The notes: generated by a model not told the origin, from the sequence alone. DNA of 64,000 nt from Antedon mediterranea (GCF_964355755.1 NC_092677.1:2998101-3062100); one strand, 5' to 3'. Positions 13,889-27,183 are shown, counted from the stretch's first letter. A program made the numbers and translations.

Positions 13889-14836
13889 GCGATTTTTTTT
13901 TTCGTACATAAGTTGGGGACCCCCTCATGAAACGTCACAAAATAAACATGAATAATTCATCAGTTAAATTTTGTTGTTCCGTGTGCACCCAAGCGTATAG
14001 CAACAAGAAGTGATTACACAAGTGCGGTACGATTCTAGGCCTATCTTCGCTGTTGTTGCGGCGTGCGATTTCATAGAAGAATAGCGGCGTTTTGTGTGGA
14101 TTGTCGAAATAATCAGCCTTTAGTTTATGGTGTTTTTAATATAATTTTTTACTAAAGAATTACGTGTTAAAACTATAGTTTCTATTAATACTATTAGGCC
14201 TAATTATTAGTCTCTAAACCCATGTCTATTCTAGTAGTAGCTAGCTGTGTGGGTGTGTGTGACGTGTGTGTGTTAGGTATGACCAAAGATAGTTACACTA
14301 TCTTTGGTATGACACAATCCGAGTAATAAGTCAGCAAAATTAAACAATAAACATTACACAAAAATACATGTTTATTCTCGTGGGTCAAATCTTCCCATCT
14401 CATGTGTTCATATACGCGCATTTTTAAAGTTCCTTTGAGTACTGTACATGCATATTGTTTGATAATAAAATAGCAGAATTAAAAAAATACAGTACACAAA
14501 TTATACACATTCTTTATTCTTGTGGGTCTAAGCTTTCTTTGGGCTATGTCCAATGAATTACTACTTAGTTTAATGTCTTGCCGTACTTGCCTAGCTGTCG
14601 ATTAGCCTCGACTCGACACATTTTGTGTGAAGAAGAGTGCGCGAAGGCAATCCCGTGAATTGACTTAGAATCCTAGGCCTACTGTAGAAAGTATCGTATC
14701 GCAGTTGTGTAATCACTTCTTGTTGCTATACGCTTGGGTGCACACGGAACAACAAATTTAACTGATGAATTATTCATGTTTATTTTGTGACGTTTCATGA
14801 AGGGGTCCCCAACTTATGTACGAAAAAAAAAATCGC
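13889..14836. mobile_element. MULE-like MITE D nested in B
   Basis: TIRs of about 145 bp (gcgatttttttttttcgtacataagttgggg...). Perfect 9-bp TSD gacccggcg at 13880-13888 and 14837-14845. Confidence 0.9.
14284..14306. mobile_element. P-element/Galileo-like micro-remnant (excision footprint) inside D
   Basis: Palindrome caaagatagt-tac-actatctttg flanked by 7-bp direct repeat gtatgac. Confidence 0.6.
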
Positions 14837-16245
14837 GACCCGGCGCGCGTGTAAAAAAATAATACCGGCCTAGACTAGGGCAAGTTTATAATATAAAGGT
14901 GAAAAACATCGTCGCGTTGTAAAAATTTAGATGTAAAGTACAGGCAAGTTGTTAGCTTGCTTTTGGTACCCTAGGTAAGTATCAGCTGCATATTCCACAT
15001 GTCGTAATTTGCGAGCTTTAGAGTGTTTGGTAAATGACATTATGAGATGTTTGTAAATCGTTTTAAACGACTTACAATGCGCTAGAACGCCAAAATCCCG
15101 ACCGGGGGCCCTTGGCGGCCCCCTGGCCCCCAGCCAATGTTTGCTCGCTTCGCTCGCAAAGCTACGCCACCCCTATTTCAATAGGTATCCTGGATCCGCC
15201 TCTGGGTTCCACTAAACAACTTAACGATCCACCCCGCCGTCAAACCTGGTTACGGCCCTGATCGATGCAAAGGTGTCATTTCCTAATAAATAAAAATTTA
15301 AAAAACTAAATAGTCTACACATAATATTTTGCTGATGAAATATAGTATCCATATGGGTAAAATACAGAGTTTTTCATTTTTAGACTCAACAGTTCATTTG
15401 GAACGTATAAAAACTAATCTTATTTGTTGTGAAGAAGAAGAATCTCCAAGAACTTGACCGGTTATGTTTGAGAACCATTTTATTGTTAAACTTAGCGCGC
15501 CATGTCTTGAAAATTATCATGTTTTTGTGTTTGATGTGTGTGCGACGCGATCTGTTGTACGTTTGGTCTGTGGTGGCGGCCGGCTAGCGACGATATACAC
15601 ACACGGTCACAGATACCGGTGGTAGAGAGGCTTATTTTTAGCCTATTCGTAATCGTAAGTAGTGCTGTTTAATATCGAGATACATCGTAAAATTCTGATT
15701 TAGAATTTAAAAGTTTTTGTTGTATAGATTTTTAGAAATATATGATAAAATAATTGTACGGTATATTTTGTAAACAATGCACTTTTTTGGGTGAAATTTA
15801 GCTAGAAACAAGTGTACCGTCGTAATAAGCAGTATTCGTAGGCCGATAGAGCTAGGCCAGCCTAGCTCTATTTTTACTTTTAGGCCTTGTTGACAATCAG
15901 TAACATAAGATTTATCTAAAAACCTTGAATGTTGTTGGTGGATCCGTTGTTGGCAAGTAGGGATCCAATCAAACTTAGGCCTAAGCCTATCCTAAAATAA
16001 GTAAAATCAGGATTAAGGTAAGGCTAAGCCTAGCCCTAGTCGGTCCCGTCGGCCCCTACCTAGATAGATAGGCCTGGATACGACACTCTGTACTGAATGA
16101 GGCTAGGCCTACCAGCTAGTGTAGTCTAGGCCTAGGATTATAAGGAATTGTGATACATTACATTCTTATGCAAAATGTATACTAGCCTAGATTCACTTGA
16201 ATATTGAAACTTGTTTCTTTTTATTTTACAGATAATTGTACCAAA

Positions 16246-19200
16246 ATGTTTCTGTACAATTTAACATTACAGAGGTCATCCGGAGTGACCCATGCTATCC
16301 ATGGCAACTTCTCCGGAACAAAACAGCAAGAAATTGTCGTATCGCGTGGAAAAATTATAGAACTTCTACGTACAGAACCAAACACGGGAAAAGTTTACAC
16401 ATTGCTGACTCATGAGATATTTGGCGTTGTGAGGGCGCTCATGGCCTTTAAACTTACTGGTGGAACTAAAGGTAATTCTGTTGTTTTTGAATTTTGAAGG
16501 ATGGGAGGGTTGGTACTATAGTGAACCTGTTATATTGTTATTAATGTACTATGTTTCTATTTTTAGATTACATTATCATTGGTTCAGATTCTGGTAGGAT
16601 TGTCATTCTTGAGTATCTGCCAGCGAAAAATGTCTTTGACAAGGTAACAATTTTTCAATTTTGTCTACTGCTGTAATTTTGTTCTTAACCAAAAAAGAAA
16701 CATTTTAGAATTTTATTTTTTCAATTGTGGTCCAAATTTACAAACATATTAATCGATAAATTTGTGTATGTCATTTTAAATTTTAATTCAAAATATTTAA
16801 ATGTAGATCCACCAAGAAACGTTTGGAAAGAGTGGTTGTCGACGAATTGTCCCTGGACAACATCTAGCCGTTGACCCCAAAGGTCGAGCTGTCATGATAG
16901 GCGCTATCGAAAAACAGAAACTTGTGTATATTTTGAATCGAGACGCTCAAGCGCGACTCACAATATCGTCTCCGCTAGAGGCACACAAGTCCAATACATT
17001 TTGCTATCATATTGTAGGCGTTGATGTGGGCTTTGAAAACCCAATGTTTGCATGCCTAGAAGTGGATTATGAGGTGAGTGACACTGTAGCTTAGCACCTT
17101 TCCTTCCAATACCATGGCTTGGGTACAAATCTTTGCTATGACTCAAGAAAGCAAATTTTTCTCTTGGTCAAAATTTGTGTCAATACTAGAAACTTAGTTG
17201 TAACAAGACTTATTAGGAAACTATGACGTGCTACAGTTAGCTGTCATTTATTCGGAAATAAAGATATCTTAGTTTAAAAAACTAAGATATCTCTATTGCT
17301 TGAGTAAATGACAGCTTGGCGCGCCATAGATGTGTTTAGTTTAATGGTAGTTGACATGCCTGCCTTACCATCCAAGACCACCGGTTAAATCCTTACCTAA
17401 TGGCAGGTTTAATGGTAGTTAACATGCCTGCCTTACCATCCAAGACCCCTGGTTAAATCCTAACCTAATGGCAGGGTTTTAACTCATCACTGATTCTGCT
17501 GAACTGTTAACTGCTGTTAAATAAGACTGTATGTGTGAATGTACTCAAAACAAATGATAAAGCTGTGCCTACACTATCAAACTGTATGTGATGTGCCCAT
17601 ATATGGACATGATGATGTCATATCACTACCATATTTGGGAATATCACATCACAATTTTTTTGCCAAACTAGTTTGATAGTGCAGACAGATCTTAAGAGAT
17701 TGTGTATAATTATTTTAGGAATCTGACAGTGACCCTACTGGTGAAGCCGCACAAACCACGCAGCAAATGCTGACATATTATGAACTAGATCTTGGTTTGA
17801 ATCACGTTGTTAGGAAATACAGTGAACCTCTTGAAGAACACGGCAATTTCCTTATTCCAGGTAAGTCTGTTAAATATAAAATGTTGGTCAAATATATGCA
17901 AGGGAATGACTAATAACAGTGGTTGTCTTATATAGTGCCTAATACAAATGTTTATAAGCTCAATGAGAATGAGCTGCTCTATTCTGTTAGACTAAGCAGC
18001 TAGTTATTTATTTATACTGGGTAACCTCTTCAGTCAAAGACTGGTCTCCCAGAGGGCCCAGTTATGATCAGTGGCTGTGTGTAAACTAGAACACAAGGGT
18101 AACAACCTCGTCTCGAAAGATGTACTAGGTTCTTTAAAGTGCGCATGAGCTAGATGTGTACACTGGACCTACGGTTTATAGTCCTTATCCGAGAAGACTC
18201 GTTCTACCACCAGAACCATGGAGCGAGTGAGCCTCGAACCCTTGCTGATGTTACAGCTAGATAAATACGGTTCCACTGTTTTAACCGCTCGGCCACTTGC
18301 TGTTGTTGATACTGTATTTGTTCCTAATAACCTATTATGTTGCCTTTGTACTTGTAGTGCCTGGTGGCAGTGACGGACCAAGTGGCGTGCTTATCTGCTC
18401 CGAGAATTACATTACCTACAAAAACCTTGGTGACCAACCAGATATCCGAATGCCGATTCCACGGCGAAGGAATGACCTTGATGACCCCGAGCGAGGCCTA
18501 ATATTCGTCTGCAGTGCTGCTCACAAGACAAAGGTATTTATTATTTATAGTAATTAAAAAAATTTTTTATTAAATTTAATTTGGACTAAACTAAAATTAA
18601 AATACATTTATATATCTTTGTTGCGTATAAACCGAGACTAGTGTTTTCCACCATACCTGAGGGTGTCCAAGATTTACTATCCAATCAAATTGTAACAATA
18701 CCATAAAAGCCCCAATGGTCTAATGGTAGTTTTGTCTGCATATCGAGTAGAAGATTCAGAGTTCAAATCTCGGTTGAGGTGACTTCTTATACTCAGATTT
18801 CCTCATCATCACCGTTTAGAAATTAATTCCAGTATATTTGTGCGGTTTAGAGTTTCTCTGTGCCAAATTTGAAAAACAAATGTTTAATATTTTTTTTTTC
18901 TTTTTTTGCAGTCAATGTTTTTCTTTTTAGCTCAAACTGAACAGGGAGATATTTTTAAGATAACACTTGAGACAGATGAGGACATGGTTACTGAAATCCG
19001 TCTCAAATACTTTGACACGGTCCCTGTTGCCACGTCAATGTGCGTCCTTAAAACTGGGTTTTTATTTGTGGCGTCAGAGTTTGGAAATCAGTAAGTAATA
19101 CTCTGTATTTACAAACTAGCAAACTAAAATTATATAATATTTTTAATTTCTTTTTTACGCTCTAAACTTATTTTTCTTTTGTGTAGTAATTTATATCAAA

Positions 19201-22200
19201 TAGCGCATCTTGGAGATGATGACGATGAACCAGAATTCAGTAGTACAATGCCGTTGGAAGAGGGCGACACCTTCTTCTTCGCTCCGCGACCTCTCAAGAA
19301 TTTGATGGTAGTTGATGAACTGGAAAGTCTTTCACCTATTATGGCCTGCCAGGTAACTGAAAGATTTGTTTAGAATGAATTATTCAACCATTAATGATAT
19401 CACTCATGTACAGTATGTCAAAATATTGTATATATGTTTACAATGATGTTAATGTTACGTTTTTTTTTTTATACAATAGATAGCTGATCTTGCCAACGAA
19501 GACACCCCACAAATGTACGCTGCATGCGGTAGAGGTCCAAGGTCATCCATGCGTGTCCTTCGTCATGGTCTTGAGGTTTGTCCAAGATTTAACTATCGAT
19601 ACTAGCGGATCAAATTCAGGCTTGAAATATGACCCAAAAATGAAGGGTAAAAAATCAGTAGAGTTTAAAAATGTTGTATATTCGTATATTGTGTTTCTTT
19701 TCTAGGTATCTGAAATGGCTGTGTCAGAACTTCCAGGTAACCCAAATGCTGTATGGACTGTGAAAAGAGCTAGCGATGGTATGTATATTGTACATATGCA
19801 ATTCAGCCATGTGTAATTTGTATGTGAATTTTGAATAAATATACCGATATATATATATATAATATATAACATTGTATATGGTATTATCCCACAGTTATAG
19901 ATATTAGCACAGTGATTGTTTTAAATAATGTGAGTTCTTTCCCCAAACCAGAAGTTCCAACTTCTTTTATACTATTTAAAATGTATTTATAAAACTTAAT
20001 TTTCTAGATGAATTTGATGCTTACATTATTGTATCTTTCGTCAACGCCACTTTGGTCTTGTCCATCGGAGAAACCGTTGAAGAGGTAACAGATTCGGGAT
20101 TTCTGGGAACCACCCCAACTCTGTCGTCATCACTTATCGGTGAAGACTCTCTTTTACAGGTACAGTGTATTTTTCCAAATTACAATTTTTTGTCTTTTAA
20201 TGATAAATTTTATTAGTAATAGTAGTGTAATTTGTAGTTTTTGAAATATATTTCTTTGTTTTTAACATTCCAGATTTATCCTGACGGAATCCGACATATT
20301 CGATCCGATAAACGTGTGAATGAATGGAAAACACCCGGAAAAAAGAACATTGTCAAATGTGCCGTTAATCAGAGACAGGTAATACCATAGTTTACTCTCT
20401 AGTTGTAGTATAATAACTCTGTGGGTAACACCATATATTTCATGAATGATATACCAACGTGTCATTATTAAGAAATGTGATGTTTTCTTGCCCAAAATCT
20501 CTGTCTACCCTATCAAACTAGTTAGATAAAAGAAGTGTGATGTGCCCAAATATGGTAGTGATATGACATGTCCATATATGAATTTCTTGCCGTTGAGTTC
20601 TCTTTGTGTGTTTACATTTTTTAGGTTGTAATTGCTCTTTCTGGTGGTGAACTTGTGTATTTTGAAATGGATCCTGTAAGTATTGCTATACTACTAATCA
20701 CTAATCGTAATCTATTAATTAGACCTACTTTTTAAATTAAATACAGTGTGAATTGGATCTTATTGGCAAATTATTGTTGTTCAATCTACAATATTAAACT
20801 AGTTTGACAAAAAAAGTTTGAGGTACCCAAATATGGTAGTGATATGCCTAAATATTATGGTAGTGGTATTCCTAAATATTATGGTAGTGATATTCCTAAA
20901 TATTATGGTAGTGATATTCCTAAATATGGTAGTGATATTCCTAAATATGGTAGTGATATTCCTAAATATGGTAGTGATATTCCTAAATATGGTAGTGATA
21001 TTCCTAAATATGGTAGTGATATTCCTAAATATGGTAGTGATATTCCTAAATATGGTAGTGATATTCCTAAATATGGTAGTGATATTTCAAAAGATATGTG
21101 ACTTAATTGAAGGTTTTTTTTGTAGACTGGTCAACTAAACGAATACACAGAAAGGAAGGAGATGTCAGCAGACGTCAAGTGCATGAGCCTGGCTACCGTG
21201 CCAGCTGGTGAACAGAGAGCTAGGTTCTTAGCTGTCGGCCTAGATGACAACACAGTCAGAATCATCTCTTTAGATCAATCGGTGAGTTGGGTTTTGACAT
21301 ACAAAGGAAGTGTGATATCATGCAAGGGTTTTAAGGAATATCAGTAACTTATGTATTGTTTTAATGCGATACAAACTAGGAACTTTCAGTAACTTAAGTA
21401 GTGTTTTAACACATTAGTTATCAAGAACCATACAGGGGACCTTTTCAATAACTTAAGTAGTATTTTAACATGACAGTTATCAAGAATTTTCATTTACTTA
21501 AGTAAACTAAATATTCATATTTCTGTTACTAGGATTGTCTGCAACCTCTCAGTATGCAGGCTCTACCAGCCCCAGCTGAAGCACTCTGTATTGTAGAGAT
21601 GGGTGGAACGGAGGCGAGAGAAGAGTCTGGCGAAACCGGTACAAGGGGTGGATTGTACCTTAATATTGGCCTTCAGGTAACTCTACTTGTTCTGTTATTT
21701 CTTATTTTCTAATAAAGAAATTATCATATTTAATATATGTACATTGCTCATATCTTATTGTTTAATCAAGTGGTTTGGTTTGTTTTTCAGAATGGTGTAT
21801 TATTAAGGACGGTCTTGGACTCGGTGACTGGTGATTTATCAGACACAAGGACACGTTACCTTGGCTCAAGACCAGTTAAACTGTTCAGGGTTATGATGCA
21901 GGGATCTCAGGCCGTAAGTAATATGGAGTTTTCATTTTTTAAACTATGGTAGTTGCGTCAGTTAAATTTTATTGTGTGCATGCATTTTAGCTTCTTGGTA
22001 TGTGCACTATAATATAAATCCGTATTATTATTATGCAGTAACAATACATTAGGGTGTGCTTTCTTGCTCTGAAAATAACGAATGATTTCTCATACAGGTG
22101 TTGGCAATGTCCAGCCGGTCATGGTTGAGTTATTGGTACCAGTCTCGTTTCCATCTAACGCCGTTGTCTTACGAGTCGTTGGAGTACGCTTCGGGTTTTG

Positions 22201-25200
22201 CGTCTGAACAGTGTCCAGAAGGTATTGTAGCCATCTCTACTAACACGTTGAGGTAAGCTTCATAATCATAGTCTTATATAGTGTTTAATACGATGTTTAT
22301 AAGCGCTTAAAATATTATACATATATTATTATTTAAAACAGGTCACTAATTTAACTAATTGTTGATTTTTTAGAATTTTGGCATTGGAGAAGCTAGGAGC
22401 AGTTTTCAATCAGGTTTCCGTGGCGCTTAAATACACACCAAGGAAGTTTATTATTCCGCCTGATAGTAGTAATCTAATTCTAATCGAAACTGACCACAAT
22501 ACATATACAGATACAACGAAAGCTCAGCGTAAACAACAAATGGCAGAGGTAAGTGTTCGATAAATGGTTTAGTTGTTAAGGTGCTTCAAAGGTACAGGGT
22601 TCAATCTTGACCTTGTGCCAAAGTTCAATCTTGACCTTGTGCCAAAGTTCAGTCTTGACCTAGTGCCAACGTTAAGTCTTGACCTAGTGCCAGAGTTCAG
22701 TCTTGACCTAGTGCCAACGTTAAGTCTTGACCTAGTGCCAGAGTTCAGTCTTGACCAAGTGCCAACGTTAAGTCTTGACCTAGTGCCAGAGTTCAGTCTT
22801 GACCAAGTGCCAACGTTAAGTCTTGACCTAGTGCCAATGTTAAGTCTTGACCAAGTGCCAACGTTAAGTCTTGACCTAGTGCCAGAGTTCAGTCTTGACC
22901 AAGTGCCAATGTTAAGTCTTGACCTAGTGCCAATGTTAAGTCTTGACCAAGTGCCAACGTTAAGTCTTGACCTAGTGCCAACGTTAAGTCTTGACCAAGT
23001 GCCAACGTTAAGTCTTGACCTAGTGCCAACGTTAAGTCTTGACCTAGTGCCAACGTTAAGTCTTGACCAAGTGCCAACGTTAAGTCTTGACCTAGTGCCA
23101 ACGTTAAGTCTTGACCTAGTGCCAACGTTAAGTCTTGACCTAGTGCCAATGTTAAGTCTTGACCTAGTGCCAACGTTAAGTCTTGACCTAGTGCCAACGT
23201 TAAGTCTTGACCTAGTGCCAACGTTAAGTCTTGACCTAGTGCCAACGTTAAGTCTTGACCTAGTGCCAGAGTTCAACCACTGCAAGTTGTAAATAAAGTA
23301 GGCTAAAGTAGACACCGAAGCCTTTTTAGCTACGATCTATGAGTTTGGAGGTCAATTCAAGTTCAACTTTGATTTTACGAATCCCATGTTTTATGTCCTA
23401 CGAAAAATATATTTGAATGTAGATTTGTGCACATTTTTATTAATGAAGGTTTATTATTGACCTACTAAATTCCGCATTTTCCGCTAGGAAATGGTTGAAG
23501 CAGCCGGAGAAGAAGAGCGAGAGCTAGCCGCTGAGATGGCAGCAGCGTTTATCAACGAAGATTTACCAGACACCGTGTTTGGAGCCCCTAAAGCTGGCGC
23601 TGGTATGTGGGCATCGGTTATTAGGCTGCTCAATCCGGTATCTGGGAACACGCTGCATTTGGTGTCTTTAGAACAAAACGAATCAGCTCTAAGGTGAGAA
23701 ATTATCAGCTATGATTTGTTGGGGTATCACTGCTACGAACTTTTAACCATCATTACCTAAGTTTAATCCCATGCTTGAGTATTAAGCCTAAGTTTAATCC
23801 CATGCTTGAGTATTAAGCCCACCCCTTCAGTAAACAACTATAACTTGTAAATTATTACCATTTCAGCCTTGCTGTATGCAAATTCAACAGCAGAGGTGAG
23901 GATGACTTGTTTCTTGTTGTTGGCACCGCTAAGGACATGACGCTGAGCCCTCGCACATGCTCAGGAGGGTTCTTGCATACGTACCAAATCACAGAGAATG
24001 GATGTAATCTGCAGTTGTTACATAAGGTACAGTTTACCTTCTTTTAAGGGCCTTTCACACTGCTCCAATCTGGTTCAGGTTTCGTCAAATTGGGCGTACA
24101 GTTTTTTGTTTTCACGACAAGCCATTTAGCTATGCACCTCTTGTGTAAAAAAATTGGTGCGTAACCATGTGTCGCGTCGTAAAAAACAAAACATGAAGAC
24201 GCGATTTTATTTCAACCAGATTTTTTTATTTAACCGGTGCAGGTGTGAAAGGCCCTTTAGTTCAGACTCAATCTGTTACGTAAATAGTATCAAAACCTAA
24301 GACACTCCTCAAACTTGTTTGGGGTCAGTGATCTTATTTTTTTCTTTTTATTTCCAGACGCCAGTGGATGATGTACCAGCTGCCCTATGTGCATTCCAAG
24401 GTAGGATACTTGTAGGTGTTGGGAAATTACTCAGAATATATGATCTTGGAAAGAAGAAATTACTGAGAAAATGCGAAAATAAGGTAAATATACTGTATTT
24501 TATTTATTTATTTTTTTTATTGTATGCTTTTTAACACAGGATTAGGGCAGATCCTAGATTTTTAAACGTGGGAGTGTTAACATAAAACTAAAAAAAAGTT
24601 CATGACGACAGTCAAAGGGTGGTGGAGGGAGGCGAAGCAAGTGACCCTAGTGCTGTAGCCGCACCTACAGGAGTTTTTAACATGCTCAAACTGACCAATT
24701 GTCTCGTCTCTAACACGTCTGTATTTTAAATCGGCCAATGAGTCTTAAAACAAATTTAACAATACCTACTTTTTTCAGATGATCCCAAATATCATTGTGA
24801 ACATTTCGACGGTCGGTAACCGTATTCTTGTAAGTGACATACAGGAGAGTATACACTTTGTGCGGTATAAACGTGCGGAGAACAAGTTGATAATATTCGC
24901 AGATGACACGTATCCTCGTTGGATCACCGCTTCTTGTATCCTTGACTACAACACTGTTGTCTGTGCTGACAAGTTTGGCAATATTACAGTCGTAAGTATT
25001 CTAAAGCTCTGTCTACACATGTGTCCAAGTACTGATATGCCCAAATATGGTAGTGATATGACATCATCATGTCCATACTTTTAAATTACTTTATCAATAG
25101 ATAACATATTTCAGTAATTAGTTTATATTTAGTCTTTAATCTTAATCTGGATTATTTCAATTTTTTAATCTCCAGCTTCGACTTCCGGCTAACATCAACG

Positions 25201-26505
25201 ATGAGGTAGATGAGGATCCGACCGGTTCCAAAGCATTGTGGGATAGAGGCCTGTTAAACGGGGCATCACAAAAGGCCGATATAATTTGCAATTTCCATAT
25301 AGGTGAAACAATCCTATCGCTACAAAAGTCAATCTTGATTCCTGGCGGATCAGAATCACTTGTTTACACGACACTGTCCGGAGCTGTTGGGATTCTGGTG
25401 CCGTTTACATCACATGAGGTAATATTGGAATTGTTATCCCTTTTGAAAATGTACTGAAGTATGTTCAGAAACTGATAGTAATAATATTAGTAATATATGA
25501 CTTGTTAGGCACACATCCACCAAAGTGCTCAAGGCGCCTTTAAAAACCCCAAAAAACTAATTTGTATAAACCTAAACATTTACCAGCAATTTAAGGTGCA
25601 TAGACCTGACCGCCAGTACTTAACTCACAGGTGTTCTCAGTACAATTAAATTATGTCGTATTTTTTTTTTTTTCTTTGCAGGATCATGACTTTTTCCAGC
25701 ATCTTGAGATGCATATGAGATCAGAGTACCCACCATTATGTGGCAGGGATCATCTCTCATTTAGGTCTTACTACTTTCCAATCAAGGTAAGTGCATCATC
25801 TAGGATACATAGTAAATAAAAGTAGTTTTAATTGATACATAAAAACAACAAACATACACTTAAAGACCAATTTACACAGACGATTGGTAACGGTTATCGA
25901 AAAAATCACGTAGCTTGTACCACATCGAATCTGTATCTATCCTGAGCAGAAACCACCCATCCGCACTGCGTTGTGGTCATATAGAATAATATAAATTTTG
26001 TATTACCGTTAACGCTCGTCTTTGTGAATTGGCCTTTACTTTATACTTTACAGAGTGTAATTGATGGTGATCTTTGCGAACAGTTCAGTTCAATGGATAC
26101 AACGAAGCAACGAAGCGTAGCAGAGGAATTGGAACGAACACCAGCTGAGGTAAGACTTGTCGTACACCACTCTTTGGCTTTTGAAGCCATCTTAAGCTGT
26201 GTTCACACTTGGACCCAGTGCAAGGATGCAAGCGCACCACAATTGTTGCATCAAAGCTTAGAAACATCCTTTAATTTGATGTTGAAAGACTTTTACTACA
26301 AACTATGAATTAATTACTTTTAAAGCGTAAACGTAATTGCTCAGATCAGCTGTCAAAGTTTAAATATATGGCACTTGAGTTAATTTTTAGGCATATTTGA
26401 TAGCATTTTTTTGTGAATGAAAATATTTGTTAGTAATATTGTTTTCTTTTTCTCTCTTAGGTGTCAAAGAAACTTGAAGACATAAGGACACGATATGCAT
26501 TCTAA
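16246..26505 (+). CDS. SF3B3: Splicing factor 3B subunit 3 (SAP130), 25 coding exons
   Basis: Starts [10 protein letters not shown]...[12 protein letters not shown] and ends [18 protein letters not shown] exons (e.g. 16246-16471, 16807-17073, 18912-19090, 23488-23693, 25176-25418, 26461-26505) give continuous SF3B3 sequence. Confidence 0.98.
17559..17694. mobile_element. PIF/Harbinger-like MITE of about 140-170 bp, multi-copy family
   Basis: TIR aagctctgtctacactatcaaact-type. Other full or partial copies near 2712, 4216, 20497, 20796, 25004, 32337, 44178, 57462 and 61899. Confidence 0.85.
18005..18296 (-). mobile_element. tRNA-derived SINE with Deu/Nin-like core (antisense)
   Basis: Minus strand shows A-box gtggccgagcggttaa, B-box gggttcgaggctc, core tcggataaggactataaaccgtaggtcc...gcactttaaagaacc and a taaataaata tail. 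A related core fragment lies at 32483-32545. Confidence 0.7.
20828..21086. repeat. 21-bp minisatellite (about 12 copies) amplified from a MITE interior
   Basis: Unit taaatatggtagtgatattcc, preceded by the MITE end aaactagtttgacaaaaaa. The same words occur inside other copies of the MITE. Confidence 0.92.
22598..23276. repeat. 24-bp minisatellite (about 28 copies) in an SF3B3 intron
   Basis: Unit acgttaagtcttgacctagtgcca and variants. It explains the three spurious repetitive ORFs here. Confidence 0.97.
24046..24257. mobile_element. Harbinger-like MITE
   Basis: TIR aagggcctttcacac / gtgtgaaaggccctt in a TWA context. Confidence 0.75.
25862..26037. mobile_element. Harbinger-like MITE; related copy at 30381-30549
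   Basis: TIR aaagaccaatttacacagacg / cgtctttgtgaattggccttt. The second copy is aaggccagtttacacagacg / gtctgtgtaaattggcctt. Confidence 0.7.
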
Positions 26506-27183
26506 CTTTTGTAAATTTACACCCATTCCTCTGATTTAAAAAAAAAATATCCTTAAAAATGTAGAATAACATAATTTGATGTACTGTATTTGATCCAAAT
26601 TCATATTTCCTTAAAACTTACAGTAATAAATGAGTCAAAAAATTGGATTTTATATTTCTTACTTGTACACAAGTCTTCATAAATGGCGTGGCCAAGGACT
26701 AACTTAATATATGACCATGTTGATCATTTTTAAGAAGTGAAAATATCTTTTATTAATTAAAGCGTTCTGTAGCAAACTTTTCCGTCACTGCACAGTATTA
26801 TTTTTCATGTCGAGTACAAGGAATTAATTTACAAAATGGTAAATTAATAATTACCATGGTTATTAATAAGTTTACATTATTTAGTATTGTCTGTTTGTAA
26901 TTGCATTTTTTTTATAAAATCATGTAAAAACTACATAAAATTACTGAAAATCTTTTCAGGAAAAACAAACGTCTGTATATTGCGATTAATTGTATTGTTT
27001 TGTGTAGCTGTTCAACATTTCCAATACACCAATCGAGCGATATGTCCATAGCCAATTTATTTTCATTCATTTTTAAATAAAAAATCTACAAAATGTCTAT
27101 AACATAGTATGTGTAGCATGCGACACTGGCGCATATGCTCTCTGTCTACCAAGTACTGTAGTATGGCTATTTCAATGCATAGG

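Larger units (their letters stand above)
11884..15204. mobile_element. hAT-like non-autonomous element B nested in A
   Basis: TIR cagtggcggatctag / ctggatccgcctctg. 5-bp TSD ggttc at 11879-11883 and 15205-15209. Confidence 0.85.
11124..15260. mobile_element. hAT-like non-autonomous element A (outer shell of nest)
   Basis: 16-bp TIR caggcccgtaaccagg / cctggttacggccctg (1 mismatch). 5-bp TSD atcga at 11119-11123 and 15261-15265. Confidence 0.85.

Noticed and set aside
18707-18790. tRNA-like A/B box sequence
   Set aside because: The stems do not pair into a cloverleaf. It is more likely a decayed SINE head, like 59688.
20818-21138. NMVVIFL / PKYGSDI repeat ORFs
   Set aside because: An intronic 21-bp tandem repeat derived from a MITE.
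22569-23315. 248-aa and 239-aa repetitive ORFs, or a possible CRISPR array
   Set aside because: A pure 24-bp tandem repeat without unique spacers, inside an SF3B3 intron of a eukaryote.
16472-26460. Intronic C/D snoRNAs in SF3B3 (the human gene hosts SNORD111)
   Set aside because: I found no convincing RTGATGA...CTGA pair with a terminal stem by eye. A covariance-model search would be needed.
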